Part shown: positions 34,547 through 44,288 of the stretch, piece after piece
How the letters are laid out: every line of letters starts with the position of its first letter
Numbering within the stretch: the stretch's first letter is position 1
IMG/VR virus record: IMGVR_UViG_3300027374_000252
Source of the DNA: an uncultured virus (IMG/VR IMGVR_UViG_3300027374_000252)
Taxonomy: Duplodnaviria; Heunggongvirae; Uroviricota; Caudoviricetes
Length of the DNA stretch: 64,000 nt
Strand: one strand, 5' to 3'
The notes under the pieces: model-generated
Database searches by the model: none
What the model was told of the DNA's origin: nothing
What the model saw: only the letters and a program-made list of their open reading frames with translations
Program-made: the position numbers and the translations under genes

Positions 34547-35404
34547 ATGAGTATGACCATTATAGACAACTTTTCACTGAAAGGGAAAAGTTTCATGGAC
34601 GGCCGCCAGAGCGTGGCCACACTTGCGGCGCTGAAAGCAGTGCCGGAGACGGATATCCCCGACGGCTTCCGCGCCTACTGTACGGCCACGCGCCTGTGGT
34701 ACGAGTACAACTCGGCCAACAGCGTCGACGCCACCCTTGGACGCTGGCGAGGCATCAACTCCTCTACCGACGCACGCACCGACGCCAAAATCAAGGCCGC
34801 CGTCACCGACAAGCTCGGACAGCCCGGAGGAATTGCCACTCTTGGCGACGACGGGCAGATACCGGCTGAGAACCTTCCGGAGTATATCTCGGACACCGTT
34901 GACCTCGACGGATTCGTTGCCGGCGTTACCGCCACTCCGCTTAATAATTCGGCCTCTTTGCCTACCATCTCAAATAGCACCACATGGTACGATACTGTAA
35001 ACAAGCGTGTACTATATAAGAACTTAGGCAATGAATATTATTATTGGGCAGCCGGCTCGGTCGATGATAACAGTATGATTGCCTCGGCATTCCGCCGTAC
35101 TATGGCCCCGGGCGGAACACCGCTGAAGGGCAAAATATACGTAAATATCGCTGAAAATAAAATCTACCGTTGGAGCGGCACGGTTATGGTGGAGATAAGC
35201 AAGAGCCTCGCACTCGGCGCCGTCGAAGGCACAGGCAACGTCGTCACCAACATCAAGGTAGAGAACGGTGTCATAAAGCCGGTGAAGAGCACGAAGATGG
35301 CCACAGAGGCGTCGGTCACAGCTCTTGGCACGAGAGTCACGGCTCTTGAGAATGCGGAGCCTGAGAGTATCCCCACGGCCGATATCGTGGCGCTTTTCGC
35401 ATAG
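34547..35404 (+). CDS. Tail fibre component
   Basis: GQPGGIATLGDDGQIPAENLP, GKIYVNIAENKIYRWSG fibre motifs; C-term IPTADIVALFA. Confidence 0.75.
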   Translation: MSMTIIDNFSLKGKSFMDGRQSVATLAALKAVPETDIPDGFRAYCTATRLWYEYNSANSVDATLGRWRGINSSTDARTDAKIKAAVTDKLGQPGGIATLGDDGQIPAENLPEYISDTVDLDGFVAGVTATPLNNSASLPTISNSTTWYDTVNKRVLYKNLGNEYYYWAAGSVDDNSMIASAFRRTMAPGGTPLKGKIYVNIAENKIYRWSGTVMVEISKSLALGAVEGTGNVVTNIKVENGVIKPVKSTKMATEASVTALGTRVTALENAEPESIPTADIVALFA

Positions 35405-35442
35405 CACATTGAACGATTTTTTTTTGAGAGATTGCCCGGGGA

Positions 35443-35617
35443 GAGTCGCCGGGCTACGCCGGGCATATAACGGGGCGTGGACGTTGACCTATGGCTGCGA
35501 ACCGCTATGGCGGCTCTTGCCATAGGCTAACGTTGTGGACACCGCTAAAGCGGCTATGCGCTACGCGTGGAGTTGCCGGTGGAGCCGGAGGGTGGTTGAG
35601 TCGCCGGTGGCTATGCG
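35443..35617. repeat. REP-like palindromic repeat, copy 2
   Basis: Direct repeat of 33436-33611, offset ~2007 bp. Confidence 0.8.
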
Positions 35618-35701
35618 CTGACACGTGGCCGGTGAGGCCGAGGTGATGGCGTGGGCTGGGCAATCTTTCAATGAAAATGTATCACAAAACAGAACAGAAC
35701 A

Positions 35702-37699
35702 ATGGCAAAGAAATTTCTTGATATGGATGGAGTCAAGGCCCTGAAGACCGGCCTCCAGGGGGAGGTTACCCGCCGCACCTCGGGGCTGCTCCTCCCCTTT
35801 GACTGCATCGAGAGCAACGCCGGAGCCACTGCCTCCACTGCAATGCCTGTTGCGGGCAACTACCGCGTGGCATGGGTGCCCGAACTGAAAGCCTTCCGTG
35901 CCATCTCCGGAGGAGCCCGCACGCTTGTAAGCTACCCCGCGGGAGCACGCCCGCAGTTTACGGTAGAGAGCATCGACCATCTTGGCGACGAGTACGGCGA
36001 CGGCCCCCTGCCATACCCCACCGAAGAACTCAAAGCCACCGACGCCTCCATGGACTCGGGCCTGATGGCCACAGCACAGCTCGACCTCTGGGCCGAACTC
36101 CTGCCCTCCAAAGTAGTACGACGCGACACCGGCGCCGAGGTGGACTTCAAGGCCCTTGGCCTCCGCATCTACGGCACATGGGAGGACTCGCGCATGAGCG
36201 GCGCAGGTCACACGGCCCGCTGGTGCAACGTCGTGTTCACCGACAGGGAGATTACCCTTGAAGAATTTGAGCGCGTGGCCGACTGGCACACCTGGTACTC
36301 CGGCAATTTCAAGCACAACAGCTCGCTCTACGACATCCCCGCCGGAGCCACCGTCACCATCCTTAACCATTGGGGCGAGGCTCCCCGCTATATCCACACA
36401 AAATGGGAGGGGAGCACTGTCTATGCCGACACCAACGTGCTGCTATCGGCGGCGCTTCTCAACAAGCAGAACGCCATGATATACAACTACACCCTACAGG
36501 AAGAGCTTGAGGAGCGCGAGGGTATCGGCGTCACTCCCGGAGATCTGGACCGACTGATGCCAGGCTATCAGTACGGGCTCGACATGCTTCAGCGCTGGGA
36601 GTCGCTTGGCCGGGACCAATACAAAGGTCGCTCAATCGCCGGCAATATCGACAGCCGCCTGGCCACCGAGATGCCGGAGCGCTTCCCCTCGCACGACCTC
36701 TCTGCCTGCACCGAAGTATCCAACTATCCTCCCGGATTTACCTACAGCGCTCTTTTCCCCTCGCCCGTGAGGGAGATTGCTCCTGTGGATGTGGGCAAAG
36801 TGGAGTCGCTGAGCTATTTCGGCACTGACGGCGTGGTGTCACTACCGCGTCTGCGCATGCCGATGCTGCATACTGCCGAATCGGCGTTTGCCGGCGACAA
36901 ATCGCTCACCACTCTGTCGATACTCGGCGACGAGGCCGTCACCTCGGGCAAGGCCTACGCCCTGAAGCATCTCACCACCGTCAGGGGGATGTTTGAGCAG
37001 TGTCACTCGCTGATAGCAATCCCATACTTCGAAGCTGTTGCCCTGACCAATCTCAACCTGTTTGCCAACCAGTGTCATTCGCTGTTGGCCGCACCATGGC
37101 TTGAGACGGCGAATGTCACCAACATGCAGGGGGCGTTTGCCAACTGCTGCTCGATGGCCAGCGTGCCGGCCTATGACACCAAGAAGGTGACCACCTTCCG
37201 CATCGCGTTCTACTACTGCAAGTCGCTGCGCTCTCTGCCGGGGCTCGACTTCCGGAGCGCCACCACGGTTTACAGTATGTGCCGCCTGTGCTACACGCTG
37301 GAGCATGCCGGCGATATCAACACCGGAGTATGCACGGACTTCACGGGCATGTTCCATGACTGCCGCAACCTTCGGCGCGTTGAGTCGATTGACCTGTCGG
37401 CGGCCACCGTCACCACCAACATCTTCTATGGCTGCTCGAAGCTGGACTATCTCGTGATAACAAAACTGCCCAGGAACGTGTGTACTCTCGACCTGTCGGG
37501 ACTCACCGCATGGGGCACCACCGAAGTAGGCAAGCAGTCGATGGAGGCCTGTATCGATGCTTTGACCGAGCGCATTATGCGGCAACCCGGTGTGCTGACA
37601 CTGAAAATCCCCTCGGATACATATGGCAGATGGGAGGGACAGATACCGCAACTTGACGAGTATATGGCCGATGCCAATATAACGGTAGTGAAAGTATAA
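35702..37699 (+). CDS. Putative receptor-binding tail fibre with BspA/DUF285-type repeats
   Basis: N-term KFLDMDGVKAL; ~22-aa repeats such as DTKKVTTFRIAFYYCKSLRSLP. Confidence 0.75.
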   Translation: MAKKFLDMDGVKALKTGLQGEVTRRTSGLLLPFDCIESNAGATASTAMPVAGNYRVAWVPELKAFRAISGGARTLVSYPAGARPQFTVESIDHLGDEYGDGPLPYPTEELKATDASMDSGLMATAQLDLWAELLPSKVVRRDTGAEVDFKALGLRIYGTWEDSRMSGAGHTARWCNVVFTDREITLEEFERVADWHTWYSGNFKHNSSLYDIPAGATVTILNHWGEAPRYIHTKWEGSTVYADTNVLLSAALLNKQNAMIYNYTLQEELEEREGIGVTPGDLDRLMPGYQYGLDMLQRWESLGRDQYKGRSIAGNIDSRLATEMPERFPSHDLSACTEVSNYPPGFTYSALFPSPVREIAPVDVGKVESLSYFGTDGVVSLPRLRMPMLHTAESAFAGDKSLTTLSILGDEAVTSGKAYALKHLTTVRGMFEQCHSLIAIPYFEAVALTNLNLFANQCHSLLAAPWLETANVTNMQGAFANCCSMASVPAYDTKKVTTFRIAFYYCKSLRSLPGLDFRSATTVYSMCRLCYTLEHAGDINTGVCTDFTGMFHDCRNLRRVESIDLSAATVTTNIFYGCSKLDYLVITKLPRNVCTLDLSGLTAWGTTEVGKQSMEACIDALTERIMRQPGVLTLKIPSDTYGRWEGQIPQLDEYMADANITVVKV

Positions 37700-37718
37700 C
37701 CGGAAAACATTTCAACCG

Positions 37719-38069
37719 ATGAAAATAATAGAAGAGACAAAGATACTTGAGGTGCCGACGCATGCGTCGGACGAGTATGGAATGGCTGTGATGACCTCTC
37801 GCCTGGGTTCGGGAACACCCACACAGGTCGAGGTGGCAGTGGTGAGGCTTCGCCCTGACGATGGACGTTTCCTGACTCAGAGCGGAGTGGTGGAGCTCGC
37901 GGCCCGTGTGGTCACGGGCGGGGAGATACTTCTTGGCAAAGATGACTGTGCGGGCAACTGGATGGAAATCGACTCGGCCGAGGCCGAGGCCATTCTTGCG
38001 GAACAGGCCCGCGAGGCCGAGGCGCAGGAGGCCGACGCCCTGCTTGAAATCGGTAATATTTATTGTTAA
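37719..38069 (+). CDS. Small tail-fibre-associated protein (chaperone-like)
   Basis: 116 aa directly after receptor-binding protein; NWMEIDSAEAEA. Confidence 0.5.
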   Translation: MKIIEETKILEVPTHASDEYGMAVMTSRLGSGTPTQVEVAVVRLRPDDGRFLTQSGVVELAARVVTGGEILLGKDDCAGNWMEIDSAEAEAILAEQAREAEAQEADALLEIGNIYC

Positions 38070-38081
38070 AAAAGCTCTAAA

Positions 38082-38579
38082 ATGATATCTATGATAGAGA
38101 TAATGCATGAGTTTCTGCGAGAGCATGTGTATCTACATGTGGTGCTGATAAGTGTCTGCATGGCGTGTATACTTGTGTCGATGGGCGTGGATTTATTTTT
38201 CGGCGTGAAGAAGGCGAAGGTGCTTGGCAAGGCTACGACTTCGACGGGCTATAAGATGACTTGTGAGAAGGGCCGGAAGTATTTTATGCCTTTTTTCGTG
38301 CTGATGTGTATCGATATAATCGGTTGTATCATACTCCCGGCGCCTTTTTTTGCTATGATATGGTCGGCGTGGTGTGTGTTCTGTGAGTTTAAGTCTGTCC
38401 GTGAGAAGTCATGGACGAAAGCGGAGCTTCGCAAGGCTGAAAAGACCATGAGCATCATAATTGAGAACAAGGATGATATCGCTAAGATGGTGTCGGAGAT
38501 TGTGCTCGGACAGAGTGAAATCAAACAGAAAAGCGGATTTTTAGAATCAAATATTTCAAACAATGATAATCTTAATTGA
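38082..38579 (+). CDS. Holin
   Basis: Three TM segments, DLFFGVKKA..S.G, EFKSVREK; precedes endolysin. Confidence 0.85.
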   Translation: MISMIEIMHEFLREHVYLHVVLISVCMACILVSMGVDLFFGVKKAKVLGKATTSTGYKMTCEKGRKYFMPFFVLMCIDIIGCIILPAPFFAMIWSAWCVFCEFKSVREKSWTKAELRKAEKTMSIIIENKDDIAKMVSEIVLGQSEIKQKSGFLESNISNNDNLN

Positions 38580-39183
38580 CAACGGCCACGGCTTCGATAC
38601 GTCGGGCAAGTGTTCGCCGGACGGCAAGTATCAGGAATGGGCATGGGCGCGGGAGATGGCGCACATGATTGCCGGAGAGCTGACAAAACGCGGATATGAT
38701 GCACGTCTGCTTGTGCCGGAGCGCGAGGACATTCCAATCAACAGTGGCGCAGACAGCCGTGTGAAACGCGTAAATCAAATCTGCGACCTCTACGGCAAAG
38801 AGAATGTGATGCTTGTGTCGATACACAGTAATGCCAATTCGAATGACGGTAAGTGGCATGACGGCGAGTGGAGCGGATTTGTGGCTGAGGTGTCGCTGAA
38901 TGCTTCGGATAATTCGAAGCGTCTTGCGGATTTTATCTGGGCGCGTGCTATCGAGGCCGGGATGAAGGGTAACCGTGCTGTAGTGGAGAAGCCGGGAAGA
39001 CGCTTCATACATCAGAATCTTGGTATCTGTCGTGATACGAAATGCGCGGCTGTGCTGACGGAGAGTGCCTTTCACGATACTCGCGATGGTGTTAAGCTGC
39101 TGACGGGAGATAAGGTGCGCATCATGCTTGCCCATGTGGATGGCATCATGGATTATATCAACTATGTAAGCGGTGTGAAATGA
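38563..39183 (+). CDS. Endolysin, N-acetylmuramoyl-L-alanine amidase (Amidase_3)
   Basis: ILIDNGHG, E, VSIHSNA, AVLTE zinc-amidase motifs. Confidence 0.93.
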   Translation: MIILIDNGHGFDTSGKCSPDGKYQEWAWAREMAHMIAGELTKRGYDARLLVPEREDIPINSGADSRVKRVNQICDLYGKENVMLVSIHSNANSNDGKWHDGEWSGFVAEVSLNASDNSKRLADFIWARAIEAGMKGNRAVVEKPGRRFIHQNLGICRDTKCAAVLTESAFHDTRDGVKLLTGDKVRIMLAHVDGIMDYINYVSGVK

Positions 39184-39716
39184 TGAGCAGGGACACTCTG
39201 CATAGAATCGTCGTGGTATTCAAGATGCTGATTCTATCAGTCGGATGCATTGGTGCCGGGGCATATATGCACAGGTGTCAGTGGTCGGGGGGTGGTGATT
39301 CCGGGGTGGTGTGTGTGACGGATACAGTGACATACATTGATACTGTACGGTATTATGAGCCGGTGGCGAGGGGTGAGGTGTCGCTTGGAACTCAGATAAC
39401 CTTTCTGCCTGTATATATACCGAGAGACAGTGTGCGGAATGTGGTAGATAATATTCCATGCGACAGTGTGGCGGTGGAGATTCCTGTTACGCAGAGGGAG
39501 TATGAGGGTGAGGAGTATCGTGCCTGGGTGAGCGGTTATGAGCCGAGGATGGACAGTATCTATGTCTATCCCCGGCATGAGGTGGTGACTATCCGTGAGG
39601 TTGCCGCCAAGCCGAAGCGTTGGGGTATCGGTGTGTTTGCCGGCTATGGGATGACTCCCAGGGGCCTTGAGCCTTGTGTCGGAGTTAGTGTAAGCTATAA
39701 TTTATGGAATTTTTGA
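39180..39716 (+). CDS. Putative spanin-like lysis protein
   Basis: N-terminal TM, DTV repeats, C-terminal amphipathic beta hairpin WGIGVFAGYG..GVSVSYNLW; follows endolysin. Confidence 0.6.
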   Translation: MMSRDTLHRIVVVFKMLILSVGCIGAGAYMHRCQWSGGGDSGVVCVTDTVTYIDTVRYYEPVARGEVSLGTQITFLPVYIPRDSVRNVVDNIPCDSVAVEIPVTQREYEGEEYRAWVSGYEPRMDSIYVYPRHEVVTIREVAAKPKRWGIGVFAGYGMTPRGLEPCVGVSVSYNLWNF

Positions 39717-39717
39717 G

Positions 39718-40173
39718 ATGATAGAGTTGACTATAATCATAGACAAGGAGGAGGTGTATGAGGAGGTGTCGCAGACTACCTCATACACCGGGGCGAAGAT
39801 GGAGGGAGGCGATGACAAGACGTATGACCGCATTTTTACCACGGAAGCTGACCGGAGTCAGCTCGAAAGGTTCTGGAATGAGAGCTGTGTTGCGGTGTGC
39901 GAGGCTCTGAAGGAGTTTATACTGGAGGAACGTAATGGAAAGGAGTCGTTTTGTGTCTTCCTGGGGCTGTCATCGTCTTTTGACCGGGCTCTTGAACCTG
40001 CGCTGAAGAAGGAGTTGTTTTCGTTTTTTGTGACCAACATAGTCTGCAAATGGTATGTATTCACTAACAAAAAGGAAGCCGGAGACTTCGCCACAGCCGC
40101 CGCCACGATGCTTGACGGAGTGAAAAGGAAAGCATATCACCGCAGGAAACCAACAAGACCCACAAGGAAATAA
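39718..40173 (+). CDS. Putative tail ring / adaptor protein 1
   Basis: FFVTNIVCKWY and RKPTRP shared with next genes. Confidence 0.5.
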   Translation: MIELTIIIDKEEVYEEVSQTTSYTGAKMEGGDDKTYDRIFTTEADRSQLERFWNESCVAVCEALKEFILEERNGKESFCVFLGLSSSFDRALEPALKKELFSFFVTNIVCKWYVFTNKKEAGDFATAAATMLDGVKRKAYHRRKPTRPTRK

Positions 40174-40192
40174 CTATAAATAAAAAAACAAC

Positions 40193-40744
40193 ATGGAGAA
40201 GAAACAGATTGTGACCGTGTATCAGGATGTAAAGAATATCCTGTATGATGTTAGAAACAAGGCCTATATCACAGGCAATAGCCGTAAAGCGAGTGGAGCT
40301 GCCAATTATGAGGCCGGTTCAAAGATGCAAGCCTCGGAAGATACCGAGGAGGATGATCAACTTAAGCGCAGCCTCACGACCTACTTCACCGGGCTTAAAT
40401 CGAAGTTGGGTGAGTATCTTGACGAGGACACGACAACAACAAACAACCTCATCACACAGATAATAGAAGACGAGGAAATACTACAGTTAGCCTTCCGTCT
40501 GCCAACCAACTATAACAATGCCTCAGCTGATGCACTGGGTGCTGGAATCCATGCGTATCTTGTGGACATGGTGCTTGCGGACTGGTTCACCATTACTAAC
40601 CCGCAGGATGTGAAGAGCTATATCGACCATGCGGCGGTGCTGCTTGAGGACGTGAAGGCAGCGCTTTATAAGAGGAGCCGCCCGACACGTCCGGGGCGTC
40701 CGATGTTTCCAGAGCTCAAAGAAGAAACTCCTTCTAATCCCTGA
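40193..40744 (+). CDS. Putative tail ring / adaptor protein 2
   Basis: YLVDMVLADWF, RSRPTRP. Confidence 0.5.
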   Translation: MEKKQIVTVYQDVKNILYDVRNKAYITGNSRKASGAANYEAGSKMQASEDTEEDDQLKRSLTTYFTGLKSKLGEYLDEDTTTTNNLITQIIEDEEILQLAFRLPTNYNNASADALGAGIHAYLVDMVLADWFTITNPQDVKSYIDHAAVLLEDVKAALYKRSRPTRPGRPMFPELKEETPSNP

Positions 40745-40749
40745 CAGCT

Positions 40750-41274
40750 ATGATTGAGTGCCATAAAGTCGATTCAAAAAATATTGAAGCTGTGTTACTC
40801 TTCAAACGTGAGCAGCTCATATATGATATTCGCAATCTTGCATATGTAGAAGGAGATATCATGCCGGAAGCTCAACAGCATGAACGCCATACGGTACAAG
40901 ACATAGGGGAAGCCGGAAACATAGACCGTGTGACCCGCATCCTCGACCTTGCACTCAGCGAATGTTCAGAATGGCTTTATCCATTTACGAAAAGAAGAAT
41001 CTACAGGGAATGTCTTGATGATAGGCTGACAGAGAAAAAGGTTTACAGCATATTCATGAGAGTGCCTAAGGATTTTTCACAAACAACGCTCAATGCCATC
41101 GAGAATCTGGTGCATGAGTATCTTGTGTGCAGCGCACTCGCTGATTGGCTGAGTATCGCAAACCCCAAAAAAGCGGCAGTTTGGAAAGAGAAGACAGAGG
41201 AACTGAAAACCGCCATTAAAAACAAGCCTCGACTTAGGCGCAATAGGCTCAGAATAAGCCAACATCCATTTTAA
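40750..41274 (+). CDS. Putative tail ring / adaptor protein 3
   Basis: HEYLVCSALADWL. Confidence 0.5.
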   Translation: MIECHKVDSKNIEAVLLFKREQLIYDIRNLAYVEGDIMPEAQQHERHTVQDIGEAGNIDRVTRILDLALSECSEWLYPFTKRRIYRECLDDRLTEKKVYSIFMRVPKDFSQTTLNAIENLVHEYLVCSALADWLSIANPKKAAVWKEKTEELKTAIKNKPRLRRNRLRISQHPF

Positions 41275-41277
41275 GAC

Positions 41278-41311
41278 GAGAGCCGAGGTGCGTCACGCAT
41301 CCCCGGCTCTC
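41278..41311. terminator. Hairpin between convergent late and early operons
   Basis: GAGAGCCG...CGGCTCTC stem. Confidence 0.6.
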
Positions 41312-41336
41312 TAAATATTTAATCATGAAAAAGAGT

Positions 41337-44288
41337 TTATCGTGGTTGGTTGGTGAGTCGGGGTGTGTACTGGATTGTGCATCCGGATATTGACTCTGAG
41401 GGATCGAGGGTGGCTATGAGTGCAATCCGGAAGTATTTGTAAGGTGTGCCGCGCCGGTTGAGGATTCGGTGGGATATGGAGGAGTTGACCAGATGCCAGT
41501 TGATGAGGTCGCGGGAGCCGTAGAGGATTGACCGGACGTTGCCTTTTTGGAATTGTCCGCGCTGTATTAGGGTGTCGATTGTTTTCAGGATGACGGGTGC
41601 GGATAGCTTGAGGGGTCGGGTTATGAGTATCGCTGTCGGTGGGCGTGTGTCGGCGTGGTGGTCGGAGTAGTCGAGGATAGTGCCTGCGGAGTCGATGGCG
41701 AGAGCATTTGGGTAGGAGTTGATGGATTGGGTTATGTCGGCTGTAATCATTGTCCAGAGTTTGGATCGCAGTGAGTATATGTAGGCGTAGTGTGTTGATG
41801 GTCGATATAGGATGATGCGCTGTCGGGGGTAGTCGTAGAGCATGCGTGAGTGGGCAAGGAATGTGGCGAATGGGAGAATGTGGACGGCATTGTGTGGTAG
41901 GCCGGCAATGTTGAGTATTGTGTGGGCTGATGGCAGGGAGTCGGTGACAGAGAATGGATGGTCGGTGTTGATGGTGTCGGATATGCATGTGGATGTGGAA
42001 CCGGAGAGTAGCATTATGCCTCGGACTGTCGGGAATAGGACTGAGGAGTCGAGCTGTGTGATTCCTTCGGGAGAGATGCATACGTCGCGGGTGATTGGCT
42101 GCCGGGCGGAGTATGTGCCGGTAGCGGATACTTCGAGGGCCCATACTCCTTCGGTAGTGAATGCGTAGAGGGGGAACTGTCCGAATTGTCCCTGTGAGAG
42201 TGCTTTGGCTGCTGAGGCGAGCGACAGGACTGTACCGGAGCCTACTGATATGGCGTATTTAAATGGGAATAGGAAGGGGTTGTTGATTTCGGAAACGTAT
42301 ACAGAGGATGGTACCTCGATGTTGTCGGGGGCATTGTCGATAGCTGCGGCCGGGAGGGCTTCTGACTCATCAGGGGTGATGCTGACAGCGATTCCACCAA
42401 AGTAGTAAGCTCCATTAAGGAGCTCATGCGTGCGTAGGGGAAGGTTGAATGTGCGAGTCTTGAATTCAACGGTCGTTTCGTTGACTGCCTGTGATGTTTG
42501 CCGACACTTTGCGGTAATTCGCATTGCGAACGCATTGCTATCGGGGTAGTATATCCATCGAGGAAACTGGGTGAGGAGAGAATCGATAGAGAAGGAGTCG
42601 AGAACCGATGTCGTATTTTGGGGTGCTGAGAGGACAGAGCGAACGACTGAGCCTGAGCGTCGGGTCCATACTTCTATTTTGATTATCTTTGAGAGGTCGT
42701 TGCCGAAAGATGGGTTTGAATATTGGACGAGTGTACGTGGATGTAGGGCTTTGGGTGGTGAGAATCTGACATTAGAGAGATGCAGTCGTTGATTGTAAAC
42801 TGTGATGAATCTTGGGCAGAATGAATCGGTGGATGTGGCATCGTCGGGGAGTGTGGGACGAGTAAGGAGATTGGATAGGTCGGCAGTGTCAACAATGAGG
42901 GCGTTGAACACATCAGTTGATGAAATGTCGGCGATGTCCCATGATGCGATTTTGTAGAACTGTGAGACGTGGGTGATGTCTTCGAGGAATTTGTCATTGC
43001 AGGGGAGTGCTATTACGTTTTTTGCGTTGAGTTGGTCGGATGTTACGTAATGGTCTTTGACGGTGTAGTCGGTGCTGCCAGTGATGGTCCCCGGGCGATA
43101 ATTACCGAGGGAAGAATTCAGGTCGGTAAATAGGCGGAAGTCTCCGGAGAAGTGTCCGAAGAAGTATTTTCCGTTGACGTCGCCGCGTGATGGCTGACGT
43201 CCGGACTGAAATGTGTCATCGTTGTCGGATGGATTTTTTATTATGGGGGATAGTGTGTCGACGGCTTTTTCCTTGAATAATGATGAGAATACGGATTCGG
43301 CACCAGTCAACAGGGAACAGTGGTTGTCGGAGTCAGGATTTTTAAAAGTATATATAGGAGGTGAAACGAAGAAATCGATGCCGGATATAATATCTGACCA
43401 GGCGTCGATGGCTTCTTTGGAGAATGGTAGTACGCGGTAAAAGAGCTGGAAGAATGGGATTGAATGTCCATGAACAGATATATCCTGGAAATAATTGCGG
43501 TTGGAACTGTCGTATCCGTCGACCTCGAAGAACGGAGGTGCAACAGCAGGGGGCATGAGTACGGGTGATGACAGCCAAGCGTATGATCCATCGAAGAGCC
43601 TGAAAGCGTAACGTATGAAGAATGGCTGGTAGAAGTATCCGTTGGATGTCACCTGGTCGTGGACCGAGCGGTTGAAGTGGGCCATTATGGCATTGTCGGA
43701 ATCGTTGCGCCGGGCTTCGCCTTCGATGTGTCGAGGATTTTCTTTAGATGAAGAACCGATACCTTCGGACTCGCGACCGTAGCCGAATGGGTTTGTGGCA
43801 AACGAAAGTTTATGCCAACCGGTACCGAGGCATCCTCTAAGAGAGAGTGCAAACTCAATGTTGATGAATTCGGGAGCTGAACCGAGGTATATATAGCGAT
43901 TGTCTTTCCAAAGTGAGAATAAGACTTTTGAGTCGGTAGCGATGGCAAGTGTGTTGCCGAGTATCGCCATTGATTGAGGCTTGAATGGTATTGTTGCAAT
44001 GATGCATGCGGTTGCGGTATCGGGGTATTGGCATGAGAGTATCTCGAATTTGTCGGGTTGGTCGGCAGAGTGGCGCCATGAGATGAAATTTTTCTTTTCG
44101 GAGTGGAGTGTATGGATTCCGAGTATGTGTTGTCCGTCGGGTACTTTTGCGATTTGGAGTGGCGGAAGTGAGGGGTGTAATGAGCCGTCGTCGGTGGTGA
44201 AGTTGAGTGCGATATCAAGGTCTCCGTCGTGGCATTCGTAGTCGGAGGGAGTGGCAGTGTAGCCACTGTATTTAATTTCTTTAATCAT
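41337..44288 (-). CDS. Putative tail nozzle / stabilization protein (beta-propeller-like)
   Basis: 983 aa beta-rich; DGDLDIALN N-term; SQGQFGQFPLYAFTTEGVWAL; LITRPLKL. Confidence 0.6.
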   Translation of the reverse strand: MIKEIKYSGYTATPSDYECHDGDLDIALNFTTDDGSLHPSLPPLQIAKVPDGQHILGIHTLHSEKKNFISWRHSADQPDKFEILSCQYPDTATACIIATIPFKPQSMAILGNTLAIATDSKVLFSLWKDNRYIYLGSAPEFINIEFALSLRGCLGTGWHKLSFATNPFGYGRESEGIGSSSKENPRHIEGEARRNDSDNAIMAHFNRSVHDQVTSNGYFYQPFFIRYAFRLFDGSYAWLSSPVLMPPAVAPPFFEVDGYDSSNRNYFQDISVHGHSIPFFQLFYRVLPFSKEAIDAWSDIISGIDFFVSPPIYTFKNPDSDNHCSLLTGAESVFSSLFKEKAVDTLSPIIKNPSDNDDTFQSGRQPSRGDVNGKYFFGHFSGDFRLFTDLNSSLGNYRPGTITGSTDYTVKDHYVTSDQLNAKNVIALPCNDKFLEDITHVSQFYKIASWDIADISSTDVFNALIVDTADLSNLLTRPTLPDDATSTDSFCPRFITVYNQRLHLSNVRFSPPKALHPRTLVQYSNPSFGNDLSKIIKIEVWTRRSGSVVRSVLSAPQNTTSVLDSFSIDSLLTQFPRWIYYPDSNAFAMRITAKCRQTSQAVNETTVEFKTRTFNLPLRTHELLNGAYYFGGIAVSITPDESEALPAAAIDNAPDNIEVPSSVYVSEINNPFLFPFKYAISVGSGTVLSLASAAKALSQGQFGQFPLYAFTTEGVWALEVSATGTYSARQPITRDVCISPEGITQLDSSVLFPTVRGIMLLSGSTSTCISDTINTDHPFSVTDSLPSAHTILNIAGLPHNAVHILPFATFLAHSRMLYDYPRQRIILYRPSTHYAYIYSLRSKLWTMITADITQSINSYPNALAIDSAGTILDYSDHHADTRPPTAILITRPLKLSAPVILKTIDTLIQRGQFQKGNVRSILYGSRDLINWHLVNSSISHRILNRRGTPYKYFRIALIATLDPSESISGCTIQYTPRLTNQPR

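Noticed and set aside
33197..38069. Diversity-generating retroelement or invertase shufflon at the tail fibres
   Set aside because: No reverse transcriptase, no TR/VR pair differing at adenines, no second recombinase or inverted crossover sites seen
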